Assembly: GCA_951406725.2 (NCBI GenBank)
Contig: OX597820.1
Span: 58,900,001-58,964,000, forward strand
Direction of reading: 5' to 3'
DNA length: 64,000 nucleotides
Origin: Octopus vulgaris
Lineage: Eukaryota
This document shows positions 38,278 to 59,141 of this stretch, in pieces. The stretch's first letter is position 1; the number at the start of each line of letters is the position of its first letter. The translations under genes and the position numbers were made by a program. The notes beneath the pieces were generated by a model. That model was not told where the DNA came from, ran no database searches, and saw only the letters and a program-made list of their open reading frames with translations.

Positions 38278-38416
38278 CTTGCTACGAATATATATATATA
38301 TAAATATATATATATCTATATAAATATATATAAATATATATATATATCAATATAAATATATATATATAAATATATATATAAATATATATATATAAATATA
38401 TATATAAATATATATA

Positions 38417-38500
<84 letters not shown>

Positions 38501-38704
38501 TATATATAATATATATATATAAATATATATATAAATATATATATAAATATATATATATCTATATATATATAAAAATATATGTATATATATAAATATATAT
38601 ATATAAATATATATATATATAAATATATATATAAATATATATATAAATATATAAATATAAATATATATAAATATGTATATATATAAATATATATATATAT
38701 AAAT

Positions 38705-38764
<60 letters not shown>

Positions 38765-38792
38765 TGAGATTTATCATTATATAAATATATAT

Positions 38793-39402
<610 letters not shown>

Positions 39403-40305
39403 ATATATATATATAAATATATATATAACTAGCTGAAGGTGACCAGCTCTACGCGCGGGTAAGAGTGTGGTTGTTACTTTCTGTTGCTTCCTTTCAGCAC
39501 GTAAAAAGCACCATCCGAACGTGGCGGATTGCAGCGCCGCCTTGACTGGCTTCTGTGCTGGTGGCACGTAAAAAGCACCAACCGATCGTGGCCGCTGCCC
39601 CCCTGGCACCTGTGCAGGCGGCACGAAAAAAGCACCCAGCACGCTCACAGTGTGGTTGGCGTTAGGAAGGGCATCCACCTGTCGAAACACTGCCAGATCA
39701 GACTGGAGCCTGGTGCAGCCTCCTGGCTTTCCAGACCCCTGTCAAACTGTCCAACCCGTGCTAGCACGGAAAACGGACGTTAAACGAGGATGATGATGAT
39801 GATGATTCTCACTCTTTGTTTCTTTCTCCTTTCTCTCTCACTTTCCCACTCTCTTACTCTTCCTTTCTCTCGGACTCTCCCTCGCTTTCTCTTACTCTCT
39901 ATCTTTATGTATCTCTCCCATATATAAACAACAAAAGATCTTGAGTAAGTTGAGAAATGAAATATTTAGAAAGATCAATCATAAATATCAGGCAGTAACA
40001 ACGGAAAGGTCTGCTTCAAGACAGACAGCAAAACACTAACATTTAAAAGGGACAGAAGAACTTGCGAGCTGAATAAAAATAATAAAATATTGGAAACCAA
40101 AGTTTGAAGGGATAGAATTTGAGGATAGTAGAGTCATCATGGCTGGCATTTCTTAACGACGGACAGCAACGTATTGACAGTTCAACGGCTGGCGTAAAAT
40201 TTTGAACTTGATGTAAAAGAAAATCCCTAAAAACCAAGTTTTGAATTGATTCTTTCTCACGACAGTAGACTCACGATGGCAAGCATTCAAAACTTCTTCA
40301 TCATG

Positions 40306-40405
40306 NNNNNNNNNNNNNNNNNNNNNNNNNNNNNNNNNNNNNNNNNNNNNNNNNNNNNNNNNNNNNNNNNNNNNNNNNNNNNNNNNNNNNNNNNNNNNNN
40401 NNNNN
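40306..40405. other. Assembly gap (100 N)
   Basis: Run of N. Confidence 1.
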
Positions 40406-44660
<4,255 letters not shown>

Positions 44661-44783
44661 AAACAAGGTAAAAGTCACTCAAACAAACTCTTACAGTGTC
44701 TGATACCTAGTCAGAACTGAATAAGAGCAATATAACACACACACACAGATACACAGACACACACACACACACAGACACACACA

Positions 44784-44830
<47 letters not shown>

Positions 44831-45096
44831 GTTCGTTTATTCTTTTACTTGTTTCAGTCATTTGACTGCGAACATGCTGGAGCACAGCCTTTAAGTCGAG
44901 GAAATCGCCCCTAGTACTTCTTCTTTGTGAGCTTAGTACTTATTTTATCAGTCTCTTATGCCGAACCGCTAAGTTATGGGGTCGTAAATACAACATCGTT
45001 TGCCAAACGATAGTGGGAAGACAAACACACACACACACACATGCACATACACTCATACACACACACAAATGTATGTATGTATATATATATTATGTA

Positions 45097-45139
<43 letters not shown>

Positions 45140-48100
45140 ATAAGCGTAGAAATTGATATTAATCAATTAAAACCAGTGGCTTAGCATATTTTTTTTAAAA
45201 TCCGAAGATTAAAAATTGTTTTACATACAAAATTTAGAGGACTGACCACTATATGCTAAACATAGACATCAAATCGCCATTACCACGAAGAATGTGTTCT
45301 CAAGAAAAATCTCAGAAAAAAAAAACAAAATGTAAAAATAAGCAAGACAAATGAAAATATACGAAATAAAAAATGATTACCTATGTACCATTGGTTTCAC
45401 GTGTTTGTATTTACGTGTATGGACATGCAAACATCTGCATGGTAGTTTCCGATCTCAGCGTGCCAAAGTGAAGACATTTGAAAGATACACTTAAATATAA
45501 TTTGTAGAACTTTATACATGCTGGATTTCGGTTGAGCGTTCTGTATCTAGTTCTGGAAATTATGTTTTGTAAACGACAGACTATGCTGATGATCTTGCAG
45601 ATGTTTGCGTGTTCATACACGTAAATATTAACAAGTGAAACCAATGGTACATAGGTAATTGTTTATTATTTCGTATATTTTCATTTGTCTTGCTTATTTT
45701 TACATTTTGTTTTTTGTCTTTTTGCTGAGATTTTTCTTGAGAAAACATTCTTTGTGGTAATGGCGATTTGACGTCTATGTTTAGTGGTCAGTCCTCTAAA
45801 TTTTGAATGTAAAACAATTTTTAATCTTCGGATTTAAAAAAAAATATGCTAAGCCACTGGTTTTAATCGATTAATATCAATTTCGGATCTTTTCGGTTTG
45901 AACGGCAGTTTTTTAAAATAATTTCCACGTAACTAAACACTTTTAAACTTCGTATACTGGTAGAATGTGTTTATAAAACATCTTTTTCTCTTGGCTTTAT
46001 TGAGAAAATTCTATAGTTTGTAAGATATTTGTTGCTGTTTTTTCTTCAATTTCTGCAAATTCAACCAATCAATGACGTCTATTGAGGTAAAAAAACAATC
46101 TGTACCGTATGAATATGTCCCTCATTTAAGAAACAGATTGGGTTTATCTACATTTCGGAAGAAAAAAGATACTCTTCCCCCCACCCTTAACCATAGCCCT
46201 AACCCTAAAACAGATTGAAATGCAATAGATCAATACTAGGATCATAATTATGGGTGACAATTTCATGACACCGCAAGAAAAAACTGCCGGTCAAATCGAA
46301 AAGATCCTCAATTTCTACCCTTATTCAATTTTAAATAAAAAAATGTTCTCTAACCGGTAAATTGACTGCTGTAGTTTATTAACTGCAGGGTAGTTTCCGA
46401 TCTCAGCGTGCCAAAGTGAAGACATTTGAAAGATACACTTAAATATAATTTGTAGAACTTTATACATACAGATCCATCTGCAAGATGAGCATTATTTATA
46501 ATTCAATGGTACAACACTGTAAGAGTTTGCTTTGAGATATACTTAGATTTACCCTGTTTGACAACTATTGGAAATAAACAAACATAGGAGTCCCTACATG
46601 GTTGCTTAACCTACTAGAAATAGCAGCCACATATCACACTACTATCTTAAAATAAAGGCAGGACACATTGGTTAAAATAGACCTATGTATGGTATACCCA
46701 AAGATATGTCATGAGCGGAAATGCCTGTGATCGTAGGCTGATCTGAGGCTAAACACCTCCTATAACAACCATCAAAAGCATTTCTTACCATTTGCTGTTG
46801 TTGTTTACCCCAAGATTAGCCACGATCTGCTAACCTATGATAAAAGATATTTTAACCATGACCATCCCAGGCTACATAATCCTATGTCTTTTTTGTTTTC
46901 AATGGCAGTGTGTGAGTTTAGAGAAAATATCAGGTTATGTGAACACGATCTTGTTCATGATCAGGCGGTCCTATTGTTAAAGACATTATGTCAAGACTTT
47001 TTTTAGATGTAGAAATGTCATATTTTATGTCTTTTCTTTGTTTTGTTTAGCCAAGTAGGTGCAGACGTGACACATCAACACGTGCATTCCAACTATAAAC
47101 ACACCTCTTTTTATCTTATTCTACACAACGTATCTGGGAAAACATTTCTCAATGTGCCTTTCTTTTTAAGACGATAGTGTGATTTGACGAAGAGTAGCCA
47201 AACACCACCACCACCACCAAATTGTCACACAGAAGACAGTTACTAAGTCTACATTGTAGAGTTGTGAATACAACCAACAACTTCAAAAGACAGAGATATA
47301 TTTGCATAGCAAGTATTTTTATCTCTACACTCGCGGAGTGGTTGGCGTTAGGAAGGGCATCCAGCTTGTAGAAACACTGCCAGATCTGACTGGGCCTGGT
47401 GCAGCCTTCGGGCTTCCTCAGACCCCAGTCGAACTGTCCAACCCATGCTAGCATGGAAAGCGGACGTTAAACGACGATGATGATCATCATCATGTGCTGA
47501 AACTAAAGCAATTGCAAAAGACACAAGCTAGCCATTCAGAAATGCACAAAGACTGTTTTCTTCACTAAAACATTTACTTGTAACATGGCGACAAATTTTT
47601 CGTTGCTTGAAACTGCGATCTGTTCACTGACAAAAAAATTCTGCCGCACCAGAGAATAGCATTTCTGTCAGTGGCGGCTCATGTGTAGGCACTGCAGCAC
47701 CCCCTATTTCCACTCGATATTATTGATAACATTCAATTTCTTTCTTTATACATACGTTATATAATCCTTAAGATTTAAAAGATTTTTTTCTATTCTAGGC
47801 ATAAGGCCCGAAATTTGGGGGGAGTGGGGGGTAGTCGACTAGATTGACCCCAATACGCAACTGGTACTTAATTCATCGACCCTGAAAGGATGAAAGGTAA
47901 AATCGACCTAGGCGGAATTTGAACTCAGAACATATAGATGGGCGAAATACCTATTTCTTTACTATCCACAAGGGGCTAAACCCAGAGAGGACAAACAAGG
48001 ACAGACACACGGATTAAGTCGATTATATCGACCCCCAGTGCGTAACTGGTAATTATTTCATCAACCCCGAAAGGATGAAAGGCAAAGTTGACCTCGGCAG

Positions 48101-49082
48101 AATTTGAACTCAGAATGTAGCGGCAGACGAAATACTGCTAAGCATTTTACCCGGCGTGCTAACGTTTTGCCAGCTCGCCGCCTTTCTATAATGCTTACGA
48201 TTAATACCAGTTGCCTAGTTTATGAAAAAATACAAACATCCTTGTATACAACTGTGAGCTTCACAATTCCAGCGATGCAGTGTTTGGTTGTTGTGTGTAT
48301 GCTCATGAATCCAAGATAGGAAGCTCACGCAAAGAAGGGAGAGCACTGGATTCACGCAGTACCATCCCAGTGTGCTGGTGAAAGGTCGTGTTTCTTTTTC
48401 ACTTTGTGTCTTGTGTTTAAAAACATGTTTATATTCTTGAAAATGATAGTATCGAATTAGATTATTATCCTGCTTCCAGCTTCAGTGTTGCTGCCAGGAT
48501 TTGAAAAAATCGGGCACATTCCCCCACCCCTTATTTTGTGATTTAGGTGGAATTTTTGAAAAGCAAAGGGGAATTCACGGTGAGTTCAGTGAACAAATTA
48601 AACAAACAATCCGGCAGTGGCTAAAACGTGAACCAATCAAGTTTATGTATAAATATTCTTTTTATATGTTTGTTTCCTTTTATACAATAATATTAAAACA
48701 ATGGCTAAAAATATTCTGAAGCAGCACCCCAATTTGGTAATAAAAACACAAGCTGCTGCACTATTAATGCAGCTAGTCTCAGATCTCGAGGAGTAATTTT
48801 CATATTTATTTTTATATATTACATAGCTTTTGTTAGAGAAGGGAGGAAAGAGTCATTGATTTTGTAGGTTCACTTGATTGAGCAGAGGGTTGCTTGCAGT
48901 GCTGGTGCAGACATGGCCGTATGGTTAAGAAGTTGCTTTGTGACCACATAGTTTCAGGTTTAGTGCCAGGCCAATCAATAATTTTTTTAGTGAATTTGAT
49001 TGATGGAAAATATGAAGAAATCCATCATTTTTCTTTTCTAAGGGGTTTTTCAGCCCAATGTTTAGAGACTATACTGTTCTCA

Positions 49083-49627
<545 letters not shown>

Positions 49628-50323
49628 ATATATATAAGAATTATATATGAAAGAAGGTTTGAAAATGCAATTTAAAAGATGTTTATTTACTTTTTAACCG
49701 TTTTCACTCTTTGGTAAAAGATTGTCAAAAGTAACATTGAATATTATGGGTTCAAAAAAGTTTACATAATTGTCACATTGAATATTATGAATTCAAAAAA
49801 TAGTTTTTTTATACATAATTGTCACATTACATGTATAAATATAGTGTTTGGTAACAGAGATATGTTAAGTATACAAAAAAGTTCAATAGTGTTTTGAGAA
49901 TATTTGGAAAAATTGGCAGAAAAGAATAAAACAAATATATTATTGGAAATTTGGTTGCGTTAATTATTGGTTGTCGCAAATTGTCACATTACATGTATAT
50001 ATATACAGTCTTTTGTAGAAAGGACATGTTAAAGACATAAGGAAGTGTAATAGTTTGGTGAGAAAGTTTGTAATATTGACAGAGAAAATTAAAATGGATA
50101 TTTTATACATCTCAGAATATTTTGAAATGAAGGCGAGAATTTGTTTTTACTGACCTGTTTGTTTTAGCAGAAAAGTTGAATTGAGAGAAAAAGATGTGTA
50201 CCCAGTTTTGTGTATGGTTCCCCTTCAAGCATCAATGATTTTGGGGTTATCGGGAGGTGAGTATGCGGGTGTGAATAGATGTGTCCGTGTGCCTGCTGGT
50301 CAGACGGCGTCTGTTTGTCACAC

Positions 50324-50377
<54 letters not shown>

Positions 50378-50931
50378 CATACAAACACACACCACATACA
50401 CACAACACACACACACACACAGAACACACACATACACAACGCACCCACATATATAATATACACACACAGCACACAAATATAACATGTATTTATATATAAT
50501 ATACACACATATTTTTGAATAAGATTACTTTCCCTATTTATTCGTGTTTGGTCTGTGGTGTTTTCCGAGCATTGGTATAGTGGGAAGACTAAGAATTTGG
50601 GGGACTTATTGTGTGCACAAAGGTCTAAGTGTCCACTTAGTGGTATCTGTCTTGTGGAGGGGTCCCTCAGTTGTTGTCGGTGAACTGTCATTCTTTCTCT
50701 GAGGGTAAGGCTCGTTTGCCCTATATAGTCTTCTGTGGCATCCTTCACACCTTATGACGTAGAGTAAATTTTTTGATGCGCACGTGAAATTATTTTTTAT
50801 GATGAATGTGTGTCCCGAGTGGAACTTGTACGACGATCCCTCAATGAGGTGGATGCAGGTGCTGCAGTTGGGGCGACCACATTTTTTGATGGTGGGCGGT
50901 GGGTTTGTGTTGTGTAATTTTGCGTTGGTGA

Positions 50932-52535
50932 AAAAAGTCCACTTCAACCTGCATCACTATACCACATCCCACTGATCTCAAACTGAGACCAATAGTGGCA
51001 GACCCAAGTTGTGAAACACACAGACTTAGCAACTTTATAGATATCATCTTAAAGCCAATACTGAAACACATTCCAAGTATTGTAAGAGATGACCTGGACC
51101 TATTAAATCATCTCCCCAAACATACCGATAAAGACACTTTAATCGTTTCTTTTGATGTTATTAATCTTTACACCACAATCCCACATGAATATGGACTGGA
51201 AGCCATTAAATTCTGGCTGGATAAATATCCCAATGAGATCCCGGAAAGAATTAAAAAAGAATTCATAATTGAGGGCCTCAAATTTTTTCTGCAAAACAAC
51301 TTCATGTATTTCCACAACAACACTTACAGACAGGTCTCAGGAACTGCAATGGGTACGAAAGTTGCACCTACCTATGCAAACCTGGTGATGGCCTACCTGG
51401 AATCACATATCTATGAAAAATCCAAATATAAGTACGGCCAGTCTTTCCACAAATACCTGTTGGAGAACTGGAAACGCTACTTAGATGATTGCCTCATCCT
51501 ATGGTCCCACACACTCGACCAACTTATAGACTTCAAAAACCTTATCAACAGTGTAAATAACAACATTCAATTCAAAATGGAATATAGTCAGACCAACTCC
51601 CTTTTCTTGACATCCTAATCATTAAAAAAGGCGTCAACATTGAAACTGATATCCATTACAAACCCACTGACTCTAAACAATACCTTCTATTCCTACCTCC
51701 AATCACCCAAAACACACAAAGACAAATATCCCCTTCAACCTAGCGAGAAGAATCTGCACTATTGTCTCAAATGACACAACACGAAATAGAAGACTCCGGG
51801 AACTAAGGGCAATTCTTCTCGAAAGACATTACCCGGCATCACTAGTCGACAACGGAATAGAACGGGCCAAATCAATCAACATTCAAGACCTACGAAAACC
51901 CAAACACATCCACAGTACAGTAAATAGCTTTCCCCTATCTCTCAACACACAACCCAAGGAATGCAGAAGCTTACACTATTATATACAACAATATTCCACA
52001 ACTAAATCAAGACCACGCCTGAAAAAAATACTGACAGCTCATAAAATAATAAAAAGTAAGAGACAACCTAAATCCCTAAAAAACCTCCTCACCAACGCAA
52101 AATTACACAACACAAACCCACCGCCCACCATCAAAAAAATGTGGTCGCCCCAACTGCAGCACCTGCATCCACCTCATTGAGGGATCGTCAGTACAAGTTC
52201 CACTCGGGACACACATTCATCATAAAAATAATTTCACGTGCGCATCAAAAAATTTACTCTACGTCATAAGGTGTGAAGGATGCCACGAAGACTATATAGG
52301 GCAAACGAGCCTTACCCTCAGAGAAAGAATGACAGTTCACCGACAACAACTGAGGGACCCCTCCACAAGACAGATACCACTAAGTGGACACTTAGACCTT
52401 TGTGCACACAATAAGTCCCCCAAATTCTTAGTCTTCCCACTATACCAATGCTCGGAAAACACCACAGACCAAACACGAATAAATAGGGAAAGTAATCTTA
52501 TTCAAAAATACAGACCACAACCAAACATACTCTAA
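50932..52535 (+). pseudogene. Second copy of Penelope RT-GIY-YIG, several frameshifts
   Basis: ORF pieces 50995-51618 and 52329-52535 match the 13038-14576 protein; small indels between them. Confidence 0.88.
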
Positions 52536-52957
52536 CATACTTCCTGGACACACATCCAGAGCAAGCACACAGGGACACGCGCACGCTCACAGCATATCGT
52601 GCGGGCGGACACATGCGCGCATCGGCACGCATAGGACACACTAGCGGGAATTGACCGCACACATACGTGGCACTCACACGCATGCATTATATATATGTAG
52701 GTTATGTATGTGTGTGAGTGTAGTGTGTGTGTGTGTGCGCGTTGTGTGTGTGTGTGTGCGCGTGTGTATATATATGTGTGTATGTGTGCACTGTGTGCGT
52801 GTGTGTATGTGTGTGTGTGTGTGTGCGCGTTGTGTGTGTGTGTTTGCACGTGTGTATATATGTGTGTGTGTGTGTGTGCACTGTGTGCGTGTGTGTGTAT
52901 GTGTGTGTGTGTGTGAGCATTGTGTACGTGTGTATGTATTTACACGTGTATTTGTTT

Positions 52958-52992
<35 letters not shown>

Positions 52993-53179
52993 TGTGTGTG
53001 TATATGCATGGTATGTGTGTATATGTGAGTACATTGTTTGTGTGTGTGTGTGCGGTATGTAGAGATATATTTGAGTGTGTACGCTATAGGTTTGTATTTT
53101 GTGTGTGTGGGTGTGTGTGTGAATTTTATATATATATGTGTGTGTATGTGTGTGAAAAAATATATATATGTGCATGTAT

Positions 53180-53241
<62 letters not shown>

Positions 53242-53766
53242 AGTGAATTGAAGAAATGGAGTTGAACGAAGATTGAACAGAAATCGTTTTATTGCATTCT
53301 ACACGTGTTTCGAAAGCCACAATTTACCAAATTCCGATTGAATAAGGAGACCGTATTTTGTCTTTCTCTTCAGGAAGAAATAGGAATTCCGTTGGCTCTT
53401 AGGAGCCTCGTTCGATTTGTTTTGCTGCGCCTCTGTTCTGTTTTTGTTTTTGCCAACGGAATTCCTATTTCTTCCTGAAGAGAAAGACGCAATATGGTCT
53501 CCTTATTCAATCGGAATTTGGTAAATTGTGGCTTTCGAAACACGTGTAGAATGCAATAAAACGATTTCTGTTCAATCTTCGTTCAACTCCATTTCTTCAA
53601 TTCACTAATAATATTAAAATTCAATTATCCGCACCAACGCACGGTTGCAACACCATATGGTTGTACCTCCAACCGTGCTGTCTTCTGCCGTGATTTTTGC
53701 TACCAAGGTATCGGTTAAACTTTTGATTAATCTGCAACAAGATTATTCATCTTTCTATTTCACCAA

Positions 53767-53800
<34 letters not shown>

Positions 53801-54992
53801 ATATATGTGTGTGTGTATGTGTGTGTGTATATATATTGCATGTATATGTGTGTATAAACATGTGCATTATTTGCATGCGCATTGTGTATATGTATATTGT
53901 ATGTATGTGTATTGTATATGTATATATGTATATATGTATATGCATTTTCTATATATATATATATATTATATGTATGTATTGCGTATGTATATTGCATTCA
54001 TATATGGTGTATGTGTATTATATACATGCTGTGTATGTGTATTGTATGTATATATATGCTAGGTGTATTTGTGTGATATTTATATTATGTATGTATGTAT
54101 GCGTGTGTTGTGTGTGTGTGTGTTGTGTGTGTATGTGTGTTATATATGTGTGATGTGTGTGTATATTATATATGTGGGTGCGTGTGTATGTGTGTGTTCT
54201 GTGTGTGTGTTGTGTGTATGTGGTGTGTGTTTGTATGCTATGTGTGTGTGTGTGTGTGTGTTGTGTGTGTGTGTATATATGTGTGTGACAAACAGACGCC
54301 GTCTGACCAGCAGGCACACGGACACATCTATTCACACCCGCATACTCACCTCCCGATAACCCCAAAATCATTGATGCTTGAAGGGGAACCATACACAAAA
54401 CTGGGTACACATCTTTTTCTCTCAATTCAACTTTTCTGCTAAAACAAACAGGTCAGTAAAAACAAATTCTCGCCTTCATTTCAAAATATTCTGAGATGTA
54501 TAAAATATCCATTTTAATTTTCTCTGTCAATATTACAAACTTTCTCACCAAACTATTACACTTCCTTATGTCTTTAACATGTCCTTTCTACAAAAGACTG
54601 TATATATATACATGCAATGTGACAATTTGCGACAACCAATAATTAACGCAACAAAATTTCCAATAATATATTTGTTTTATTCTTTTCTGCCAATTTTTCC
54701 AAATATTCTCATCACACTATTGAACTTTTTTATGCCCTTAACATATCTCTGTTACCAAACACTATATTTATACATGTAATGTGACAATTATGTATAAAAA
54801 AACATTTTTGAATTCATAATATTCAATGTGACAATTATGTAAAAAACTTTTTTGAACCCATAATATTCAATGTTACTTTTGACAATCTTTTACCAAAGAG
54901 TGAAACCGGTTAAGAAAATAAACATCTTTTAAATTGCATTTTCAAACCTTCTTTCATATATAATTCCACTCGTGCGATAGCCCACAACTCAA

Positions 54993-55169
<177 letters not shown>

Positions 55170-58100
55170 TGAGAACAGTGAGGTAAAGCTATAAAATTAT
55201 AGTCTCTAAACATTGGGCTGAAAAACCCCTTAGAAAGAAAAATGATGGATTTCTTCATAGTTTCCATCAATCAAATTCACTAAAAAATTATTGATTGGCC
55301 TGGCACTAAACCTGAAACTATGTGGTCACAAAGCAACTTCTTAACCATACGGCCATGTCTGCACCAACACTGCAAGCAACCCTCTGCTCAATCAAGTGAA
55401 CCTACAAAATCAATGACTCTTTCCTCCCTTCTCTAACACAAGCTATGAAATATATAAAAATAAATATGAAAATTACTCCTCGAGATCTGAGACTAGCTGC
55501 ATTAATAGTGCAGCAGCTTGTGTTTTTATTACCAAATTGGGGTGCTGCTTCAGAATATTTTTAGCCATTGTTTTAATAGTGTGTAAAAGGAAACAAACAT
55601 ATAAAAAGAATATTTATACATAAACTTGATTGGTTCACGTTTTAGCCACTGCCGGATTGTTTGTTTAATTTGTTCACTGAACTCACCGTGAATTCCCCCT
55701 TGCTTTTCAAAAATTCCACCTAAATCACAAAATAAGGGGTGGGGGGAATGTGCCCAATTTTTCAAATCCTGGCAGCAACACTGAAGCTGGAAGCAGGATA
55801 ATAATCTAATTCGATACTATCATTTTCAAGAATATAAACATGTTTTTAAACACAAGACACAGAGTGAAAAAGAAACACGACCTTTCACCAGCACACTGGG
55901 GATGGTACTGCGTGAATCCAGTGCTCTCTCTTCTTAGCGTGAAGCTTCCTATCTTGGATTCATGAGCATACACACAACAACCAAACACTGCATCGCTGGA
56001 ATTATGAAGCTCACAGTTGTATACAAGGATGTTTGTATTTTTTCATAAACTAGGCAACTGGTATTAATCGTAAGCATTATAGAAAGGCGGCGAGCTGGCA
56101 GAAACGTTAGCACGCCGGGTAAAATGCTTAGCAGTATTTCGTCTGCCGCTACATTCTGAGTTCAAATTCTGCCGAGGTCAACTTTGCCTTTCATCCTTTC
56201 GGGGTCGATTAAATAAGTACCAGTTACGTACTGGGTGTCGATATAATCGACTTAATCCGTGTGTCTGTCCTTGTTTGTCCTCTCTGGGTTTAGCCCCTGG
56301 TGGGTAGTAAAGAAATAGGTATTTCGCCCATCTATATGTTCTGAGTTCAAATTCCGCCTAGGTCGATTTTTCCTTTCATCCTTTCAGGGTCGATGAATTA
56401 AGTACCAGTTGCGTATTGGGGTCAATCTAGTCGACTGCCCCCCACTCCCCCCAAATTTCGGGCCTTATGCCTAGAATAGAAAAAAATCTTTTAAATCTTA
56501 AGGATTATATAACGTACATGTATAAAGAAAGAAATTGAATGTTATCAATAATATCGAGTGGAAATAGGGGGTGCTGCAGTGCCTACACATGAGCCGCCAC
56601 TGACAGAAATGCTATTCTCTGATGCAGCAGAATTTTTTTGTCAGTGAACAGATCGCAGTTTCAAGCAACGAAAAATTTGTCGCCATGTTACAAGTAAATG
56701 TTTTAGTGAAGAAAACAGTCTTTGTGCATTTCTGAATGGCTAGCTTGTGTCTTTTGCAATTGCTTTAGTTTCAGCACATGATGATGATCATCATCATCGT
56801 TTAACGTCCGCTTTCCATGCTAGCATGGGTTGGACGGTTCGACTGGGGTCTGGGAAGCCCGAAGGCTGCACCAGGCCCAGTCAGATCTGGCAGTGTTTCT
56901 ACAGCTGGATGCTCTTCCTAACGCCAACCACTCCGCGAGTGTAGAGATAAAAATACTTGCTATGCAAATATATCTCTGTCTTTTGAAGTTGTTGGTTGTA
57001 TTCACAACTCTACAATGTAGACTTAGTAACTGTCTTCTGTGTGACAATTTGGTGGTGGTGGTGGTGTTTGGCTACTCTTCGTCAAATCACACTATCGTCT
57101 TAAAAAGAAAGGCACATTGAGAAATGTTTTCCCAGATACATTGTGTAGAATAAGATAAAAAGAGGGGTGATTATAGTTGGAACGCATGTGTTAATGTGTC
57201 ACGTCTGCACCTACTTGGCTAAACAAAACAAAGAAAAGACATAAAATATGACATTTTTACATCTAAAAAATGTCTAGACATAATGTCTTTAACAATAGGA
57301 CCGCCTGATCATGAACAAGACCGTGTTCACATAACCTGATATTTTCTCTAAACTCACACACTGCCATTGAAAACAAAAAAGACATAGGATTATGTAGCCT
57401 GGGATGGTCATTTTTTAAATATCTTTTATCATAGGTTAGCAGATCGTGGCTAATCTTGGGGTAAACAACAACAGCAAATGGTAAGAAATGCTTTTGATGG
57501 TTGTTATAGGAGGTGTTTAGCCTCAGATCAGCCTACGATCACAGGCATTTCCGCTCATGACATATCTTTGGGTATACCATACATAGGTCTATTTTAACCA
57601 ATGTGTCCTGCCTTTATTTTAAGATAGTAGTGTGATATGTGGCTGCTATTTCTAGTAGGTTAAGCAACCATGTAGGAACTCCTATGTTTGTTTATTTCCA
57701 ATAGTTGTCAAACAGGGTAAATCTAAGTATATCTCAAAGCAAACTCTTACAGTGTTGTACCATTGAATTATAAATAATGCTCATCTTGCAGATGGATCTG
57801 TATGTATAAAGTTCTACAAATTATATTTAAGTGTATCTTTCAAATGTCTTCACTTTGGCACGCTGAGATCGGAAACTACCCTGCAGTTAATAAACTACAG
57901 CAGTCAATTTACCGGTTAGAGAACATTTTTTTATTTAAAATTGAATAAGGGTAGAAATTGAGGATCTTTTCGATTTGACCGGCAGTTTTTTCTTGCGGTG
58001 TCATGAAATTGTCACCCATAATTATGATCCTAGTATTGATCTATTGCATTTCAATCTATTTTAGGGTTAGGGTTATGGTTAAGGGTGGGGGGAAGAGTAT

Positions 58101-59141
58101 CTTTTTTCTTCAGAAATGTAAATAAACCCAATCTGTTTCTTAAATGAGGGACATATTCATACGGTACAGATTGTTTTTTTTACCTCAATAGACGTCATTG
58201 ATTGGTTGAATTTGCAGAAATTGAAGAAAAAACAACAACAAATATCTTACAAACTATAGAATTTTCTCAATAAAGCCAAGAGAAAAAGATGTTTTATAAA
58301 CACATTCTACCAGTATACGAAGTTTAAAAGTGTTTAGTTATGTGGAAATTATTTTAAAAAACTGCCGTTCAAACCGAAAAGATCCGAAATTGATATTAAT
58401 CGATTAAAACCAGTGGCTTAGCATATTTTTTTAAATCCGAAGATTAAAAATTGTTTTACATACAAAATTTAGAGGACTGACCACTAAAAGTGGACAGCCT
58501 ACATGCTAAACATAGACGCCAAATCGCCATTACCACAAAGAATGTGTTCTCAAGAAAAATCTCAGCAAAAAAAAAAAATGTAAAAATAAGCAAGACAAAT
58601 GAAAATATACGAAATAATAAACAATTACCTATGTACCATTGGTTTCACTTGTTAATATTTACGTGTATGAACACGCAAACATCTGCAAGATCATCAGCAT
58701 AGTCTGTCGTTTACAAAACATAATTTCCAGAACTAGATACAGAACGCTCAACCGAAATCCAGCATGTATAAAGTTCTACAAATTATATTTAAGTGTATCT
58801 TTCAAATGTCTTCACTTTGGCACGCTGAGAACGGAAACTACCATGCAGATGTTTGCATGTGAAACCGTGAAACCAATGGTACATAGGTAATCATTTTTTT
58901 TATTTCGTATATTTTCATTTGTCTTGCTTATTTTTACATTTTGTTTTTTTTTTCTGAGATTTTTCTTGAGAACACATTCTTCGTGGTAATGGCGATTTGA
59001 TGTCTATGTTTAGCATATAGTGGTCAGTCCTCTAAATTTTGTATGTAAAACAATTTTTAATCTTCCGATTAAAAAGAAAATATGCTAAGCCACTGGTTTT
59101 AATTGATTAATATCAATTTCTACGCTTATTTAATTTATATA

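Larger units (their letters stand above)
34131..38290 (-). mobile_element. Near full-length CR1-type LINE (ORF1 + APE endonuclease + RT), frameshifted
   Basis: Gln-rich ORF1 with two CCCH fingers; APE motifs (IRADR...KGGT, YRPP, MGDFNLP, ILDLVF, SDHD); 731 aa RT ORF; (ATCAAAGT)x3 tail. Confidence 0.92.

Noticed and set aside
39429-40305. Possible further Helitron (minus-strand CTAG end with degenerate hairpin at 39429-39460)
   Set aside because: Only the 3' signature is visible; interrupted by another repeat and cut by the gap, so not reported as a feature
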